Below, one piece after another: positions 19,569 to 28,416 of a stretch of 64,000 bases of DNA. Source of the DNA: Acidimicrobiia bacterium (lineage in GTDB: Bacteria; Actinomycetota; Acidimicrobiia; Spongiisociales; ZC4RG35); the NCBI GenBank assembly GCA_965203555.1, contig CBDBCY010000004.1, forward strand, positions 2,944,001 to 3,008,000, in the 5' to 3' direction. Positions within the stretch are counted from its first letter, which is position 1; each line of letters begins with the position of its first letter. The position numbers and the translations under genes are program-made. The notes beneath the pieces are model-generated. The model ran no database searches, was not told the origin of the DNA, and saw only the letters and a list, made by a program, of their open reading frames with translations.

Positions 19569-20456
19569 GTGGCGCTGGCCGTTGACGTGGGGGGGACGAA
19601 GATAGCGGCGGCGTTGGTCGACCGGGAAGGCGGCGTGCATTCGCTCCGCACCGTTCCCACCGGAGCGGCGGGTGCGGAGTCCCTGCACAGGGCTTCGGAG
19701 GTCGCAGCCGCGGTCGCCGCCGAGGCACAGCCCCGGGGATTCGGGGTGGTGGGGACCGGGATCGGGATACCCGAGTTGGTGGAGGATGGGCGCATCACCT
19801 CCCATGCGGTGGTCGCCTGGACCGACGCCGACGTGGAGGAGGCCTTTTCGGCCCACCGGCCGATCCGGGTGGACGCCGACATCTTCGCCGCGGCTCTGGC
19901 CGAGGCGCGAATGGGAGGCGGCGCCCATCAGCCGGTCTCGGTGTACGTCAACCTCGGCACGGGGATCAGCCACTGCCTTCTGATCGAAGGCCGTCCCTTC
20001 GCGGGCCAGCACGGAAGGGCCCTCATGTCCGGCTCGACCACACTGGCGGTCCTCGAGGCCGAAGGGAACCGAGTGGTGGAGGGTTGTGTGGAGGACGTGG
20101 CGTCCGGTCGGGGGATCTCCGAGCGCTACCAGAGCCTCAGGGGAGAGAGCATCCCGGGATCGGAGGTGTTCGAGCGTGCCTCGGCGGGAGACCCCGACGC
20201 TCGCGTGGTGGTGGACCAGAGCATCCAGTTGCTGGGACACATGGTGGCCAACCTGGTGGACATCCTCGATCCGGGGCTGGTGATCGTGGGAGGGGGTTTC
20301 GTCAACGTCCCGGGTCTGGTGGGCAGAGTGGGAGACATCGCCCGCCGGTCGGTCTGGTCCGACCGGGCGCGGGAAACCCCGATCCGGGCAGGTGTCTGCG
20401 GTCCGCTGGCTGGAGTAATCGGAGCGGGCTTCACGCTGCTTGATCGCATACCTTGA
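19569..20456 (+). CDS. ROK-family sugar kinase
   Basis: AVDVGGTKI, GIGIP, AALAEARMG, NLGTGIS, GCVEDVASG, IVGGG, AGVIGA. Confidence 0.88.
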   Translation: MALAVDVGGTKIAAALVDREGGVHSLRTVPTGAAGAESLHRASEVAAAVAAEAQPRGFGVVGTGIGIPELVEDGRITSHAVVAWTDADVEEAFSAHRPIRVDADIFAAALAEARMGGGAHQPVSVYVNLGTGISHCLLIEGRPFAGQHGRALMSGSTTLAVLEAEGNRVVEGCVEDVASGRGISERYQSLRGESIPGSEVFERASAGDPDARVVVDQSIQLLGHMVANLVDILDPGLVIVGGGFVNVPGLVGRVGDIARRSVWSDRARETPIRAGVCGPLAGVIGAGFTLLDRIP

Positions 20457-20524
20457 GCGACCCTGTCTTTCATCCGGGAAAGGGCCTGTGAACGGGTAAA
20501 ATAAGCAGGTGGGGGTATTGGAAT

Positions 20525-20767
20525 ATGACAGGAGTTCCTGAGAGATTCTGGAAGTCGTTCTGGAATCATCCCGATCCGGCTTCGCTTCGCCTGCCCGAAG
20601 ACGCCGAGTACGTGGCGGGACGGATGTTCAACGGCCCTTGGCCGGATGCTGCTATCTGGGCATCGGTGCATCTCCCCGAAAGCGCGCTGGAGTACTGCCT
20701 TACCCTGCGTTCCACCAACCCCCGGACCAGGGACCTGATCGTCAACGCTCTGAATGCCCGCCCCTGA
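20525..20767 (+). CDS. Small protein, putative partner/antitoxin of the AbiEii-type gene
   Basis: 80 aa with P-x-x-FW...FW...YVAGRM pattern. Overlaps the downstream gene by 14 nt. Confidence 0.6.
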   Translation: MTGVPERFWKSFWNHPDPASLRLPEDAEYVAGRMFNGPWPDAAIWASVHLPESALEYCLTLRSTNPRTRDLIVNALNARP

Positions 20768-21404
20768 TCGCGCTCTCACTCCTGAAGTACAGAGAGTCTG
20801 GGATAGGGTGGGGTCAGTGGCGCCACCTTCCGCTCAACTCCTGGGCGGGACCGCTCTGGCGATCTATCTGGAGCATCGTAAATCCGAAGATCTGGACCTG
20901 TTCGTCCACCGCCCCTTCGACTCCCAGGGACTGATCCGCAGTCTCCGGCGGTTGGGCAAGGTCGAAGCTCCATTCATGGCAGAGGGCACACTCAACTGTG
21001 TGTTTGACAACGTCAGACTCCAGTTTTTGAGAGCGACCGGACAGCGCCGGATAGCTTCGGGCCGAAAGGTAGGGGAGATGCCCGTGGGTTCGTTTCCCGA
21101 TGTCGCGGCCACCAAACTGAAAGTGATAGGAGACCGGGGGGAACTGAGGGACTATTACGACCTCATGTGCATCGAGGAGCAGGGTGCGGCGGATATCCCG
21201 CAGATGCTGGAGTGGTACTGCCGACGGTATCTGCTCGAAAGAACCGATCAGACCGTTTATCACATCGTCCGGGCCCTGGGGTCTTTGCACGACGTCGCGG
21301 ATGACCGCTGGCTCTCCGGTAGCCTCGGCGATCCGGGCTTGTTCGGGAGGGTGACGGAGTACTGGCGCCGTCGCCAACCGGAGATCGCCCGCCGGTTTTT
21401 CTGA
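20754..21404 (+). CDS. AbiEii/AbiGii-family nucleotidyltransferase toxin
   Basis: LLGGTALAIYLEHRKSEDLDLF (GGT...R-S-DLD) and K-x5-R-x3-RDYYDL motifs. Confidence 0.87.
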   Translation: MPAPDRALTPEVQRVWDRVGSVAPPSAQLLGGTALAIYLEHRKSEDLDLFVHRPFDSQGLIRSLRRLGKVEAPFMAEGTLNCVFDNVRLQFLRATGQRRIASGRKVGEMPVGSFPDVAATKLKVIGDRGELRDYYDLMCIEEQGAADIPQMLEWYCRRYLLERTDQTVYHIVRALGSLHDVADDRWLSGSLGDPGLFGRVTEYWRRRQPEIARRFF

Positions 21405-21452
21405 TATGGGACCAGTATTGATTTCGAAGCTCTGTAAAGGTAAAGCAGGAAG

Positions 21453-22388
21453 ATGATTCAGCGGCAGGGGCCTTCTCCCCTCTATTACGAGACCAGCCCC
21501 CGTAACCGACCGACTCTCCGGGTGGAGCCGGGCGAGGTGTTCGAGGTGGTCACTCATATGAGTCGGGGTCCCGATCTCTCGGTGGTGCCTCCCGACCTAC
21601 GGGAGGAGTGGTTGAGCCATGAGCCCTATGAGGTCGAGCGAGGGAACCCGTCCTCGGGCGCCACATGGGTGCGGGGTGCGGAGCCGGGGATGGCGGTGGA
21701 GGTCACCATCGAGGCCATGGAACTCGCTCCGGTCGGGTACACGATTTTCGCGGGAGGCAACCTGCTCTTTCCGAGGACGCCGGTCACCACCTCGGACCTG
21801 GCGGCTGCGCGGGTGGTCCGGATCCGGGACGGCCATGTGATCTGGGACGAGAGGCTGGCGCTTCCGGTCCGGCCCATGGTGGGAATGGTGGGCGTGGCTC
21901 CCGCCCATGAGGCCCAGTCGAACCTGCGGGTGGGGGAGTGGGGCGGGAACATGGACGTGCAGGAGGTCGGCCCGGGCGCCAGAGTGCGCCTCAGGGTTAA
22001 TGTCCCCGGCGCCCTGCTGCACATCGGTGACGTCCACGCTCTCCAGGGAGACGGCGAGATAGGAGGGTCCGCCATCGAGACGGCGGGGATCCTGCGTCTC
22101 CGCACAGAACTCTTCGAACTCCCCGAAGAGATGACCTGGCCGCGGATCATCACACCCGAGCGAATAATGACGGTGGCCTCCGGTCGCCCCGCGGAAAGGG
22201 CTCTCCGGATCGCGGCCAGCGAGTTGATCCGGTGGCTCCAGGCCGACTTCGGGCTCCAGCCCCAAGAGGCCCTCCTGCTGCTCAGCCAGGTCCTGGAAGC
22301 ACGCGCCACGCAGGTTGTAAACCCGACGATCACCTATGTGGCCGGGATCAAGCGAGACATTCTGAGGAGCTTGCGCGGAATTCGATAG
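21453..22388 (+). CDS. Acetamidase/formamidase family protein
   Basis: VRGAEPG, PMVGMVGVAP, GGNMD, GDVHALQGDGE. Confidence 0.9.
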   Translation: MIQRQGPSPLYYETSPRNRPTLRVEPGEVFEVVTHMSRGPDLSVVPPDLREEWLSHEPYEVERGNPSSGATWVRGAEPGMAVEVTIEAMELAPVGYTIFAGGNLLFPRTPVTTSDLAAARVVRIRDGHVIWDERLALPVRPMVGMVGVAPAHEAQSNLRVGEWGGNMDVQEVGPGARVRLRVNVPGALLHIGDVHALQGDGEIGGSAIETAGILRLRTELFELPEEMTWPRIITPERIMTVASGRPAERALRIAASELIRWLQADFGLQPQEALLLLSQVLEARATQVVNPTITYVAGIKRDILRSLRGIR

Positions 22389-22653
22389 AATTTTCGCGAG
22401 GAATTCTTACCCCTGCCGGGCCCACCCCCGCCTCCACCTGTCCCTTGGTCCGGCAATGTCCGTCCAGCCTGCGGTGGCGTTCTGACGAACCGCAACGGTG
22501 TCGTTGCCCCCGACCGTATGATCCCTCGACGCGGCCCGAACGACGTCGGAACGGACCTTTTTAGGTGCTCGGCTCACATCAATGTGGCCTATTGCAGTGA
22601 CAGATTCAATGCAACTGGCCGGGGTTTCTTCACACCCTCGGTCGAAGCCGGTG

Positions 22654-23631
22654 CTAGTAGGCCACCAATTTCTGTGCAGCGGCAACTATCTTTGCCGCGT
22701 CGGGCCGGTATGCGTCCTCGAGCGGCGGGCTGAAGGGGATGGGCGTGTCAAGGCCTCCCAGCCGGGTTACGGGAGCGTCCAGCCAGTCGAAGCACTCCTC
22801 GGCGACCCGAGCGGCCACTTCGGCGCCCACGCCCACCATGCGATTGGCGGAGTGCACCACCAGGACGCGGGAGGTACGGGTCACGCTGTCGGCCACCGTG
22901 TCGAAGTCGAGCGGCTTCAGGGTGCGCAGATCCACCACTTCCACTTCTATGGATCCGGCGCTGAGCGTCTCCGCAGCGGATAACGCCTGGGTTACCTGCG
23001 CGCCATAGGCCACGATGGTCGCGTCGCGTCCTTCTCTTACCACCTTGGCCTCTCCGATCGGAACCAGGTGCTCTCCCTCCGGCACCGGTCCCCGAAGAGA
23101 CCGGTACAGCGGCTTGGCCTCGAAGTAGATAACCGGGTTGGGATCGCGCACCGCCGAGCACAGCAGTCCCTTTGCGTCGGCCGGGTTGGAGGGCGCCACC
23201 ACTTTCAGGCCGGGGGTGTGGACGAACCAGGCCTCGGGATTCTGGCTGTGGAACGGCCCCGAGCGGATCCCGCCGTCCGACGGCGCCCGGATCACCCACG
23301 GAACCGCTCCTCCGAAGCGATAGTGGATAGTGGCGGCGGATTGGACGATGGAGTCGAATCCGGTGGAGATGAAATCGGCGAACTGCACCTCGATTATGGG
23401 TCGCAGGCCCATCAGCGCCATCCCGTTGGCCATGCCGATGAAAGACTGCTCGGCGAGGGGAGTGTTGAGCACCCGCCGGTCTCCGAAGCGCTCCGCCAGT
23501 CCCTTGGTCACTTTGAAAGCGCCTCCGAATTCGCCTCCCACATCCTCTCCCAGCACCAGGACATTGGGGTCCCTCTGCATCTCGTGCGCGATGCCGTCGG
23601 AGATGGCCTGCAGGTAGGTGAGTTGTTTCAC
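22654..23631 (-). CDS. 2-oxoacid dehydrogenase E1 beta subunit
   Basis: LGEDVG, NTPLAE, EVQFADF, FHSQ, PGLKVVAPS, VVDLRTLKPLD. GTG start at 23631. Confidence 0.93.
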   Translation of the reverse strand: MKQLTYLQAISDGIAHEMQRDPNVLVLGEDVGGEFGGAFKVTKGLAERFGDRRVLNTPLAEQSFIGMANGMALMGLRPIIEVQFADFISTGFDSIVQSAATIHYRFGGAVPWVIRAPSDGGIRSGPFHSQNPEAWFVHTPGLKVVAPSNPADAKGLLCSAVRDPNPVIYFEAKPLYRSLRGPVPEGEHLVPIGEAKVVREGRDATIVAYGAQVTQALSAAETLSAGSIEVEVVDLRTLKPLDFDTVADSVTRTSRVLVVHSANRMVGVGAEVAARVAEECFDWLDAPVTRLGGLDTPIPFSPPLEDAYRPDAAKIVAAAQKLVAY

Positions 23632-24662
23632 GCGTACACCCGGTCGGTGACGGTGGCGGGATCGGGGAAGGGCGCCGCTTCGGCTTCGGCCACCGCCTGT
23701 GCGATCTCGGCAGCTGCCCAAGCCTCTATCTCCTCCAGTTCGGAGACCCTGGCTCGGCCTTCCTGGAGCAACCGCCGACGGTAGAGGAGCAGGGGATCCC
23801 GGGCCTCCCATTCTTCCAAGAGTTCTCGGGGAACGTATTCGGCGCCGTCGTGAATGGCGTGGCCCAGCATGCGCATGGTCCGGGCTTCGATCACGGTCGG
23901 CCCTCCGCCCTCGCGGGCCTGCTCTACCGCCGCTTTGATGGACAGATACATGGCCTCCACGTCGTTTCCGTCCTCGCTGCGGGCCGAAAGCCCGTAGCCC
24001 GATGCCCGCTCGGCGATGGCGAAAGTGGCCATCTGCTGGTGGAGGGGAGTGGAGTAGGCATATTTGTTGTTCTCCACGATCAATACCAGGGGCGCCTGAT
24101 ATAAAGCGGCCATGTTCAGCGATTCGTGATAGGGGCCGGTGGTGGTCCCGCCGTCGCCGCACACGGTCAGCGCCACCCGGGGTTCGCCGCGGTATTTGAA
24201 GGACATGGCCACCCCCAGGCTGAGCGGGAGTTGCTGGGGAATATGAGAGACATACCCGAGGATCCCCAGGCTCAGGTCGCCCATTCCGTGAAGGTTGGCG
24301 TCGCGTCCCCGGCTGGGACCGGTCTCCCGGCCCAGGAGGTTGCCGAACACCCGGGCGGGGGTCATTCCTCTCACCAGGTAGGCTCCCACATCCCGGTGCA
24401 TCGGGGCGATCACATCTTCGGGACCCAGCGCCATCCCCATCGAAACGCTGATCGCCTCATGGCCCCGTCCGCTGAACGTCCCGCCCAGTCCCCTTCCCTG
24501 CTTCCACATGGTCACCATCGTGTCGTCCAGGGTGCGGGTGAGGCACATCCACCGGTAGAGGTCGAGGCGCAGTCGATTGGTAAGAGCCGGTCCCCCAGCT
24601 TCGGGTTTGGAGAAGAGCGCCTTGTGGAGTTCGGTTCCCAGGGGGTTTTGAGGAGTTGTCAT
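23628..24662 (-). CDS. 2-oxoacid dehydrogenase E1 alpha subunit (TPP-dependent)
   Basis: GHEA, GDG...ENN TPP motif, DGNDV, RMLGHAIHD. ATG at 24662. Confidence 0.92.
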   Translation of the reverse strand: MTTPQNPLGTELHKALFSKPEAGGPALTNRLRLDLYRWMCLTRTLDDTMVTMWKQGRGLGGTFSGRGHEAISVSMGMALGPEDVIAPMHRDVGAYLVRGMTPARVFGNLLGRETGPSRGRDANLHGMGDLSLGILGYVSHIPQQLPLSLGVAMSFKYRGEPRVALTVCGDGGTTTGPYHESLNMAALYQAPLVLIVENNKYAYSTPLHQQMATFAIAERASGYGLSARSEDGNDVEAMYLSIKAAVEQAREGGGPTVIEARTMRMLGHAIHDGAEYVPRELLEEWEARDPLLLYRRRLLQEGRARVSELEEIEAWAAAEIAQAVAEAEAAPFPDPATVTDRVYA

Positions 24663-25465
24663 TGCAGCAGGGTTCTTCCGATCCGGCGGGCCGTGATGTA
24701 GAAAGCCGCCAATCCCACCACCACCAGCACGCCGGCGTGGCCCACCAGCGTCCAGTCGAAACGCCCCAGAGTGAAGGCCCGAAGCAGTTCCGTTCCGTGA
24801 TAGAGGGGTGAGATTTGCATTATGGGTTGGAGGAAGGAGGGGTACACGCTGAGAGGATAGAAAGTACCCGAGAAAAGGAAAAGCGGCAGGATGACCAATT
24901 GGATCATGTCGAAGTCGTGCCAGCTGCGCATGTAGGTGACGGCGGCGAATCCGGCGGCAGAGAAGGTGAATCCCACCAGCAAAGCGCCCGGAACGGCCAA
25001 CAGGGCCCAGGGCGAGGAAGTGAACCCGGCGAGGAACATCAGTACCAGGAAACCGCTGGCATACACGCCCGCTCTCACCTGGGACCACAGCGTTTCGCCC
25101 AGGACGATGTCCGCTACCCGCATGGGAGTGGCCAGCATGGCGTTGTAGGTGTAGTTGTAACGCAGTTTGAAGAAGACCGAGAAGGTGGATTCGATGACGG
25201 CGCCGTTCATGGCCGACGCAGCCAGCAGCCCCGGCGCTACGAAGGTGGCGTAACTTATGGCAAGTCCGCCCTCGATGGTGACCTGTCCCACGAATGATCC
25301 CAGACCCACTCCCACGGCCAGCAGAAAGAAGACGGGTTCGCAGAAGCCGGCTATTACCACCAGCCAGATGTGCTTGTAGACCAGCAGATTCCGTTGCAGG
25401 AGGCGGGTGGTCCCGCGGGTGGGACGGGACTGTGGTGGGAACAGTCTGGCAAGCAGCAGGCTCAC
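24659..25465 (-). CDS. ABC-2 type exporter permease (NodJ-like)
   Basis: EPVFFLLAVGVGLG, FVAPGLLAASAM, LPLFLFSGTFYP, SPLYHG. Confidence 0.88.
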   Translation of the reverse strand: MSLLLARLFPPQSRPTRGTTRLLQRNLLVYKHIWLVVIAGFCEPVFFLLAVGVGLGSFVGQVTIEGGLAISYATFVAPGLLAASAMNGAVIESTFSVFFKLRYNYTYNAMLATPMRVADIVLGETLWSQVRAGVYASGFLVLMFLAGFTSSPWALLAVPGALLVGFTFSAAGFAAVTYMRSWHDFDMIQLVILPLFLFSGTFYPLSVYPSFLQPIMQISPLYHGTELLRAFTLGRFDWTLVGHAGVLVVVGLAAFYITARRIGRTLLQ

Positions 25466-26238
25466 AGGTTGAGCCTCCTCTTCAACTGCCGGGCGGCCGC
25501 CCACCATCCGACCGCCGTCCATGCCGCCAGGTACCCCACCTCCAGCCAGGGGGAGATAGCGGTGGGTGTACCCACGGCAATCCACCTGCACAACTCCACA
25601 CCGTGCCAGGCGGGGCTCAACACCGCCACAGCCGAGAAGTACTCGGGCATCTGGTCGATGGGAAAGAAGGCGCCCGAGAACAGGAACAACGGGATGATGG
25701 TGAACCGGAACATGGCGATCATGGGCGCGTCTTCCTTGAACCAGGCGGCCAGAGCGGCCATCGGTGAAGCAAAAGCCGTCCCGGTCAACACCGCAGGCGG
25801 CACCGCCGCCATGCCGTTGCCCAGGGAGGCGGCGCCGAACAACCACATGATCACCGCGAACGCCATCGAGACGAAGATCAGGCGAATCACTATCCAGATC
25901 ATCAACCCGGCCAGCAGATCGTTGGTGGTGATGGGAGTGGAGATCTGCGCCCAGTAATTCTTTCGCCATTTGATCCCTACTCTCACCGGCCAGGCCGACT
26001 CGGCGATGGCGGTCTGCATGGCGGAGGCGGCCATCAGCCCCGGCGCCAGGAAGGCGAGATATCCGGCGCCTCCCAGCGCCTGATCGACATCCTGGTCGAT
26101 CAGAGTCCCCAGGCCCACTCCCATGGCCAGCAGGAACAGGATGGGACGCAGCCAGGTGGTAAGCACCGTCCCTCGCCAGTTGCGCCGGTAGAAGCGGAAC
26201 TCGGCTTCCACCACCAGCAGAGCCCTGGGGGTGGTCAT
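25462..26238 (-). CDS. ABC-2 type exporter permease (NodJ-like)
   Basis: PILFLLAMGVGLG, FLAPGLMAASAM, PLFLFSGAFFP. Confidence 0.88.
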   Translation of the reverse strand: MTTPRALLVVEAEFRFYRRNWRGTVLTTWLRPILFLLAMGVGLGTLIDQDVDQALGGAGYLAFLAPGLMAASAMQTAIAESAWPVRVGIKWRKNYWAQISTPITTNDLLAGLMIWIVIRLIFVSMAFAVIMWLFGAASLGNGMAAVPPAVLTGTAFASPMAALAAWFKEDAPMIAMFRFTIIPLFLFSGAFFPIDQMPEYFSAVAVLSPAWHGVELCRWIAVGTPTAISPWLEVGYLAAWTAVGWWAAARQLKRRLNL

Positions 26239-27161
26239 TCGATCAGTTGGCGGCCGGTGAGCCGCAAAAAGACATCCTCCAGGGTGGAGCGACGGATGAG
26301 GGTGGAGATGGACCGGACGCCCCGCCGACCGAGCTCGGCCACGGTTTCGTCGGCGTCCTGGGTGTAGATCATCACCTTGTCGGGCAGGTTCTCGATTCGT
26401 TCGGAGACTTCTTCGACGATGGGCATGGCGAGACGGAGGCTCCCAGGGTCAAATCGCATCTCCAGCACGTCCTTGGTGGAGTAGCGGGCGATCAACTCCC
26501 GGGGTGACCCTTCCGCCACGATCCGTCCCTTGTCCATCACCACCAACCGGTCGCAGAGTTGCTCGGCCTCATCCATGTAGTGAGTGGTGATGATCAGGGT
26601 GACGCCCTCCCGTTTGAGCTGGTAGAGGCGATCCCAGACCACGTGGCGGGCTTGTGGGTCGAGGCCGGTGGTGGGCTCGTCCAGGATCACCATTTCGGGC
26701 TGGTTGATCAAACCCCGGGCGATGATCAAACGCCGCTTCATTCCTCCGGACAGGGGCTCCACCTGGTCGTTGCGCCGCTCGGTGAGTTGGACGAAATCCA
26801 GGAGTTCGGCGGCGCGGACATCTATTTCCGCCCTGCTCATGTTGAAGTAGCGGCCGTAGGTGAGCAGGTTCTCGTACACGGAGAGTTCCCGGTCGAGGTT
26901 GTCCTCCTGGGGCACCACCCCCAAACGTCCCCGGATCTTGATCCCGTCGACCATCGGGTCCATCCCCAGCACCCGCAGATACCCCGAGGAGGGGGGCGAA
27001 ACGGCCCCGATCATCCTCATGGTGGAACTCTTGCCTGCGCCGTTTGGTCCGAGAAAACCGAAGGCTTCACCTCCCTCAATCTGGAAGTCGATGTTGTCAA
27101 CTGCTGTGAAGTCACCGAATTTCTTGCTCAGACCCCTCCCTATCACCAGTGATTCGACCAT
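26235..27161 (-). CDS. ABC exporter ATP-binding protein (NodI-like)
   Basis: GPNGAGKS, LSGGMKRR, ILDEPTTGLD, TTHYMDEAE. ATG at 27161. Confidence 0.93.
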   Translation of the reverse strand: MVESLVIGRGLSKKFGDFTAVDNIDFQIEGGEAFGFLGPNGAGKSSTMRMIGAVSPPSSGYLRVLGMDPMVDGIKIRGRLGVVPQEDNLDRELSVYENLLTYGRYFNMSRAEIDVRAAELLDFVQLTERRNDQVEPLSGGMKRRLIIARGLINQPEMVILDEPTTGLDPQARHVVWDRLYQLKREGVTLIITTHYMDEAEQLCDRLVVMDKGRIVAEGSPRELIARYSTKDVLEMRFDPGSLRLAMPIVEEVSERIENLPDKVMIYTQDADETVAELGRRGVRSISTLIRRSTLEDVFLRLTGRQLIE

Positions 27162-27232
27162 TGGAAATAGGTTACCCCTGCCATGACAGGCGGGTGAGGT
27201 GGCCCTGGAAGGATGCTCAGGGCATCGGAGGT

Positions 27233-28408
27233 TTACGTGAAGTGAAATCGTATTCTGACATATTTCCCAGAGTGACTCTGCATGATTTCGGGGCTGGTGT
27301 CGTTGAAATCGCGCATCGCATTGCACATCACGGGCCACCCCCTGCCTCGTTGTTCCATGAACCCCAGGTTGACCATGTAGTTAGCCATTAGTTCGTTCCG
27401 CGACCGGGGATGTCCGCCGGCCCGTACACTCTGGGTGCTCATGTGGTTGGGCAGCGTGCCTGGACTGGTGATGTCGACGTGCCGGGCGAAAACCTCAAGA
27501 AGCGTCTTTGATCCGGTGATGGCGTAGTCTCTGTGCACCACGGCGTTGACCAGCGACTCCCGAAGCGCCGCCCGCGGCAGCAGATGACGGTCTTCCCGGA
27601 GCAGTCCGCGATAAGACTCGTGCCGTCCCAGGCCGGCAAACCAGCCTATCGCCCGTTCCACTTGTTCGTCCAGGCGTCCTATGGCGTCTGACACCTGTAA
27701 AACATCCGAAGCCCGGTCACTGCCCTGGTAAGCGACGCATTCCACCCGAAAGTTGCATGTCTGCGGGTAGCTTTGTGGTTTCTTGCTGAAAGCCAGCAGT
27801 CCGTAAAGGGTCGGATGGAACACCCCTCCCAACTCCGCCACCACTCCGCGATTGCGGAGATCATCTTCCTCGTGGGGCTGAGGACGGGTTTCCACGTCGA
27901 GTCCGAGCCTCCGCAGATAGGAGCGGAAGACCTGGACATCAATATCGGTGGTGGTTGCCGCCTGTATGGTGCGTTCCTCGGTAAGGATGTATCCAAATAC
28001 GTTGTATAGCTCCTGGAGTTCGGTCGCCGATGGCGCAACGCTGCTTCGTCCCCGGCGTATCCATACGCGTTCACCGTATCGGAGCGGCTCGAATCCCCGC
28101 TGGCGAGGTATTTCGACCCAGTGCACCCAGCCCTTGGGGTCCTTATACCTACCGACGCGAGCCGAAACCGGTGAACTGCAACCGGTTTGGAGGAAACTCG
28201 TCAACCTCTCCTGGACTTTCTCCGCATCCTCCTTGACGCCGACGATCTGTCGGGCATCGGTCACTCCCAGGATGACCACGCCTCCCTCGGTGTTCGCGAA
28301 GGCGCATGTCGCTTTACCGATCGCGGACAGGTCTCCAAGTCCACGTTTGAATTCCGTTTGCTCATTCTCTCCGGCACTGATGCGATTGAGAACATCCAGC
28401 CATTCCAT
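27233..28408 (-). CDS. AlbA_2 (Schlafen-like) domain plus HATPase_c_4-type domain protein
   Basis: GENEQTEFK and CAFANTEGGVVILGV (AlbA_2). ALRESLVNAVVHRDY, SPG, RSRN, MEQRGRG (HATPase_c_4-like). Confidence 0.85.
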   Translation of the reverse strand: MEWLDVLNRISAGENEQTEFKRGLGDLSAIGKATCAFANTEGGVVILGVTDARQIVGVKEDAEKVQERLTSFLQTGCSSPVSARVGRYKDPKGWVHWVEIPRQRGFEPLRYGERVWIRRGRSSVAPSATELQELYNVFGYILTEERTIQAATTTDIDVQVFRSYLRRLGLDVETRPQPHEEDDLRNRGVVAELGGVFHPTLYGLLAFSKKPQSYPQTCNFRVECVAYQGSDRASDVLQVSDAIGRLDEQVERAIGWFAGLGRHESYRGLLREDRHLLPRAALRESLVNAVVHRDYAITGSKTLLEVFARHVDITSPGTLPNHMSTQSVRAGGHPRSRNELMANYMVNLGFMEQRGRGWPVMCNAMRDFNDTSPEIMQSHSGKYVRIRFHFT

Positions 28409-28416
28409 GTCGGCGC

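Noticed and set aside
22389-22653. Small ORFs between the acetamidase and E1 beta genes
   Set aside because: Overlapping short ORFs on both strands, with no motif or RBS support.
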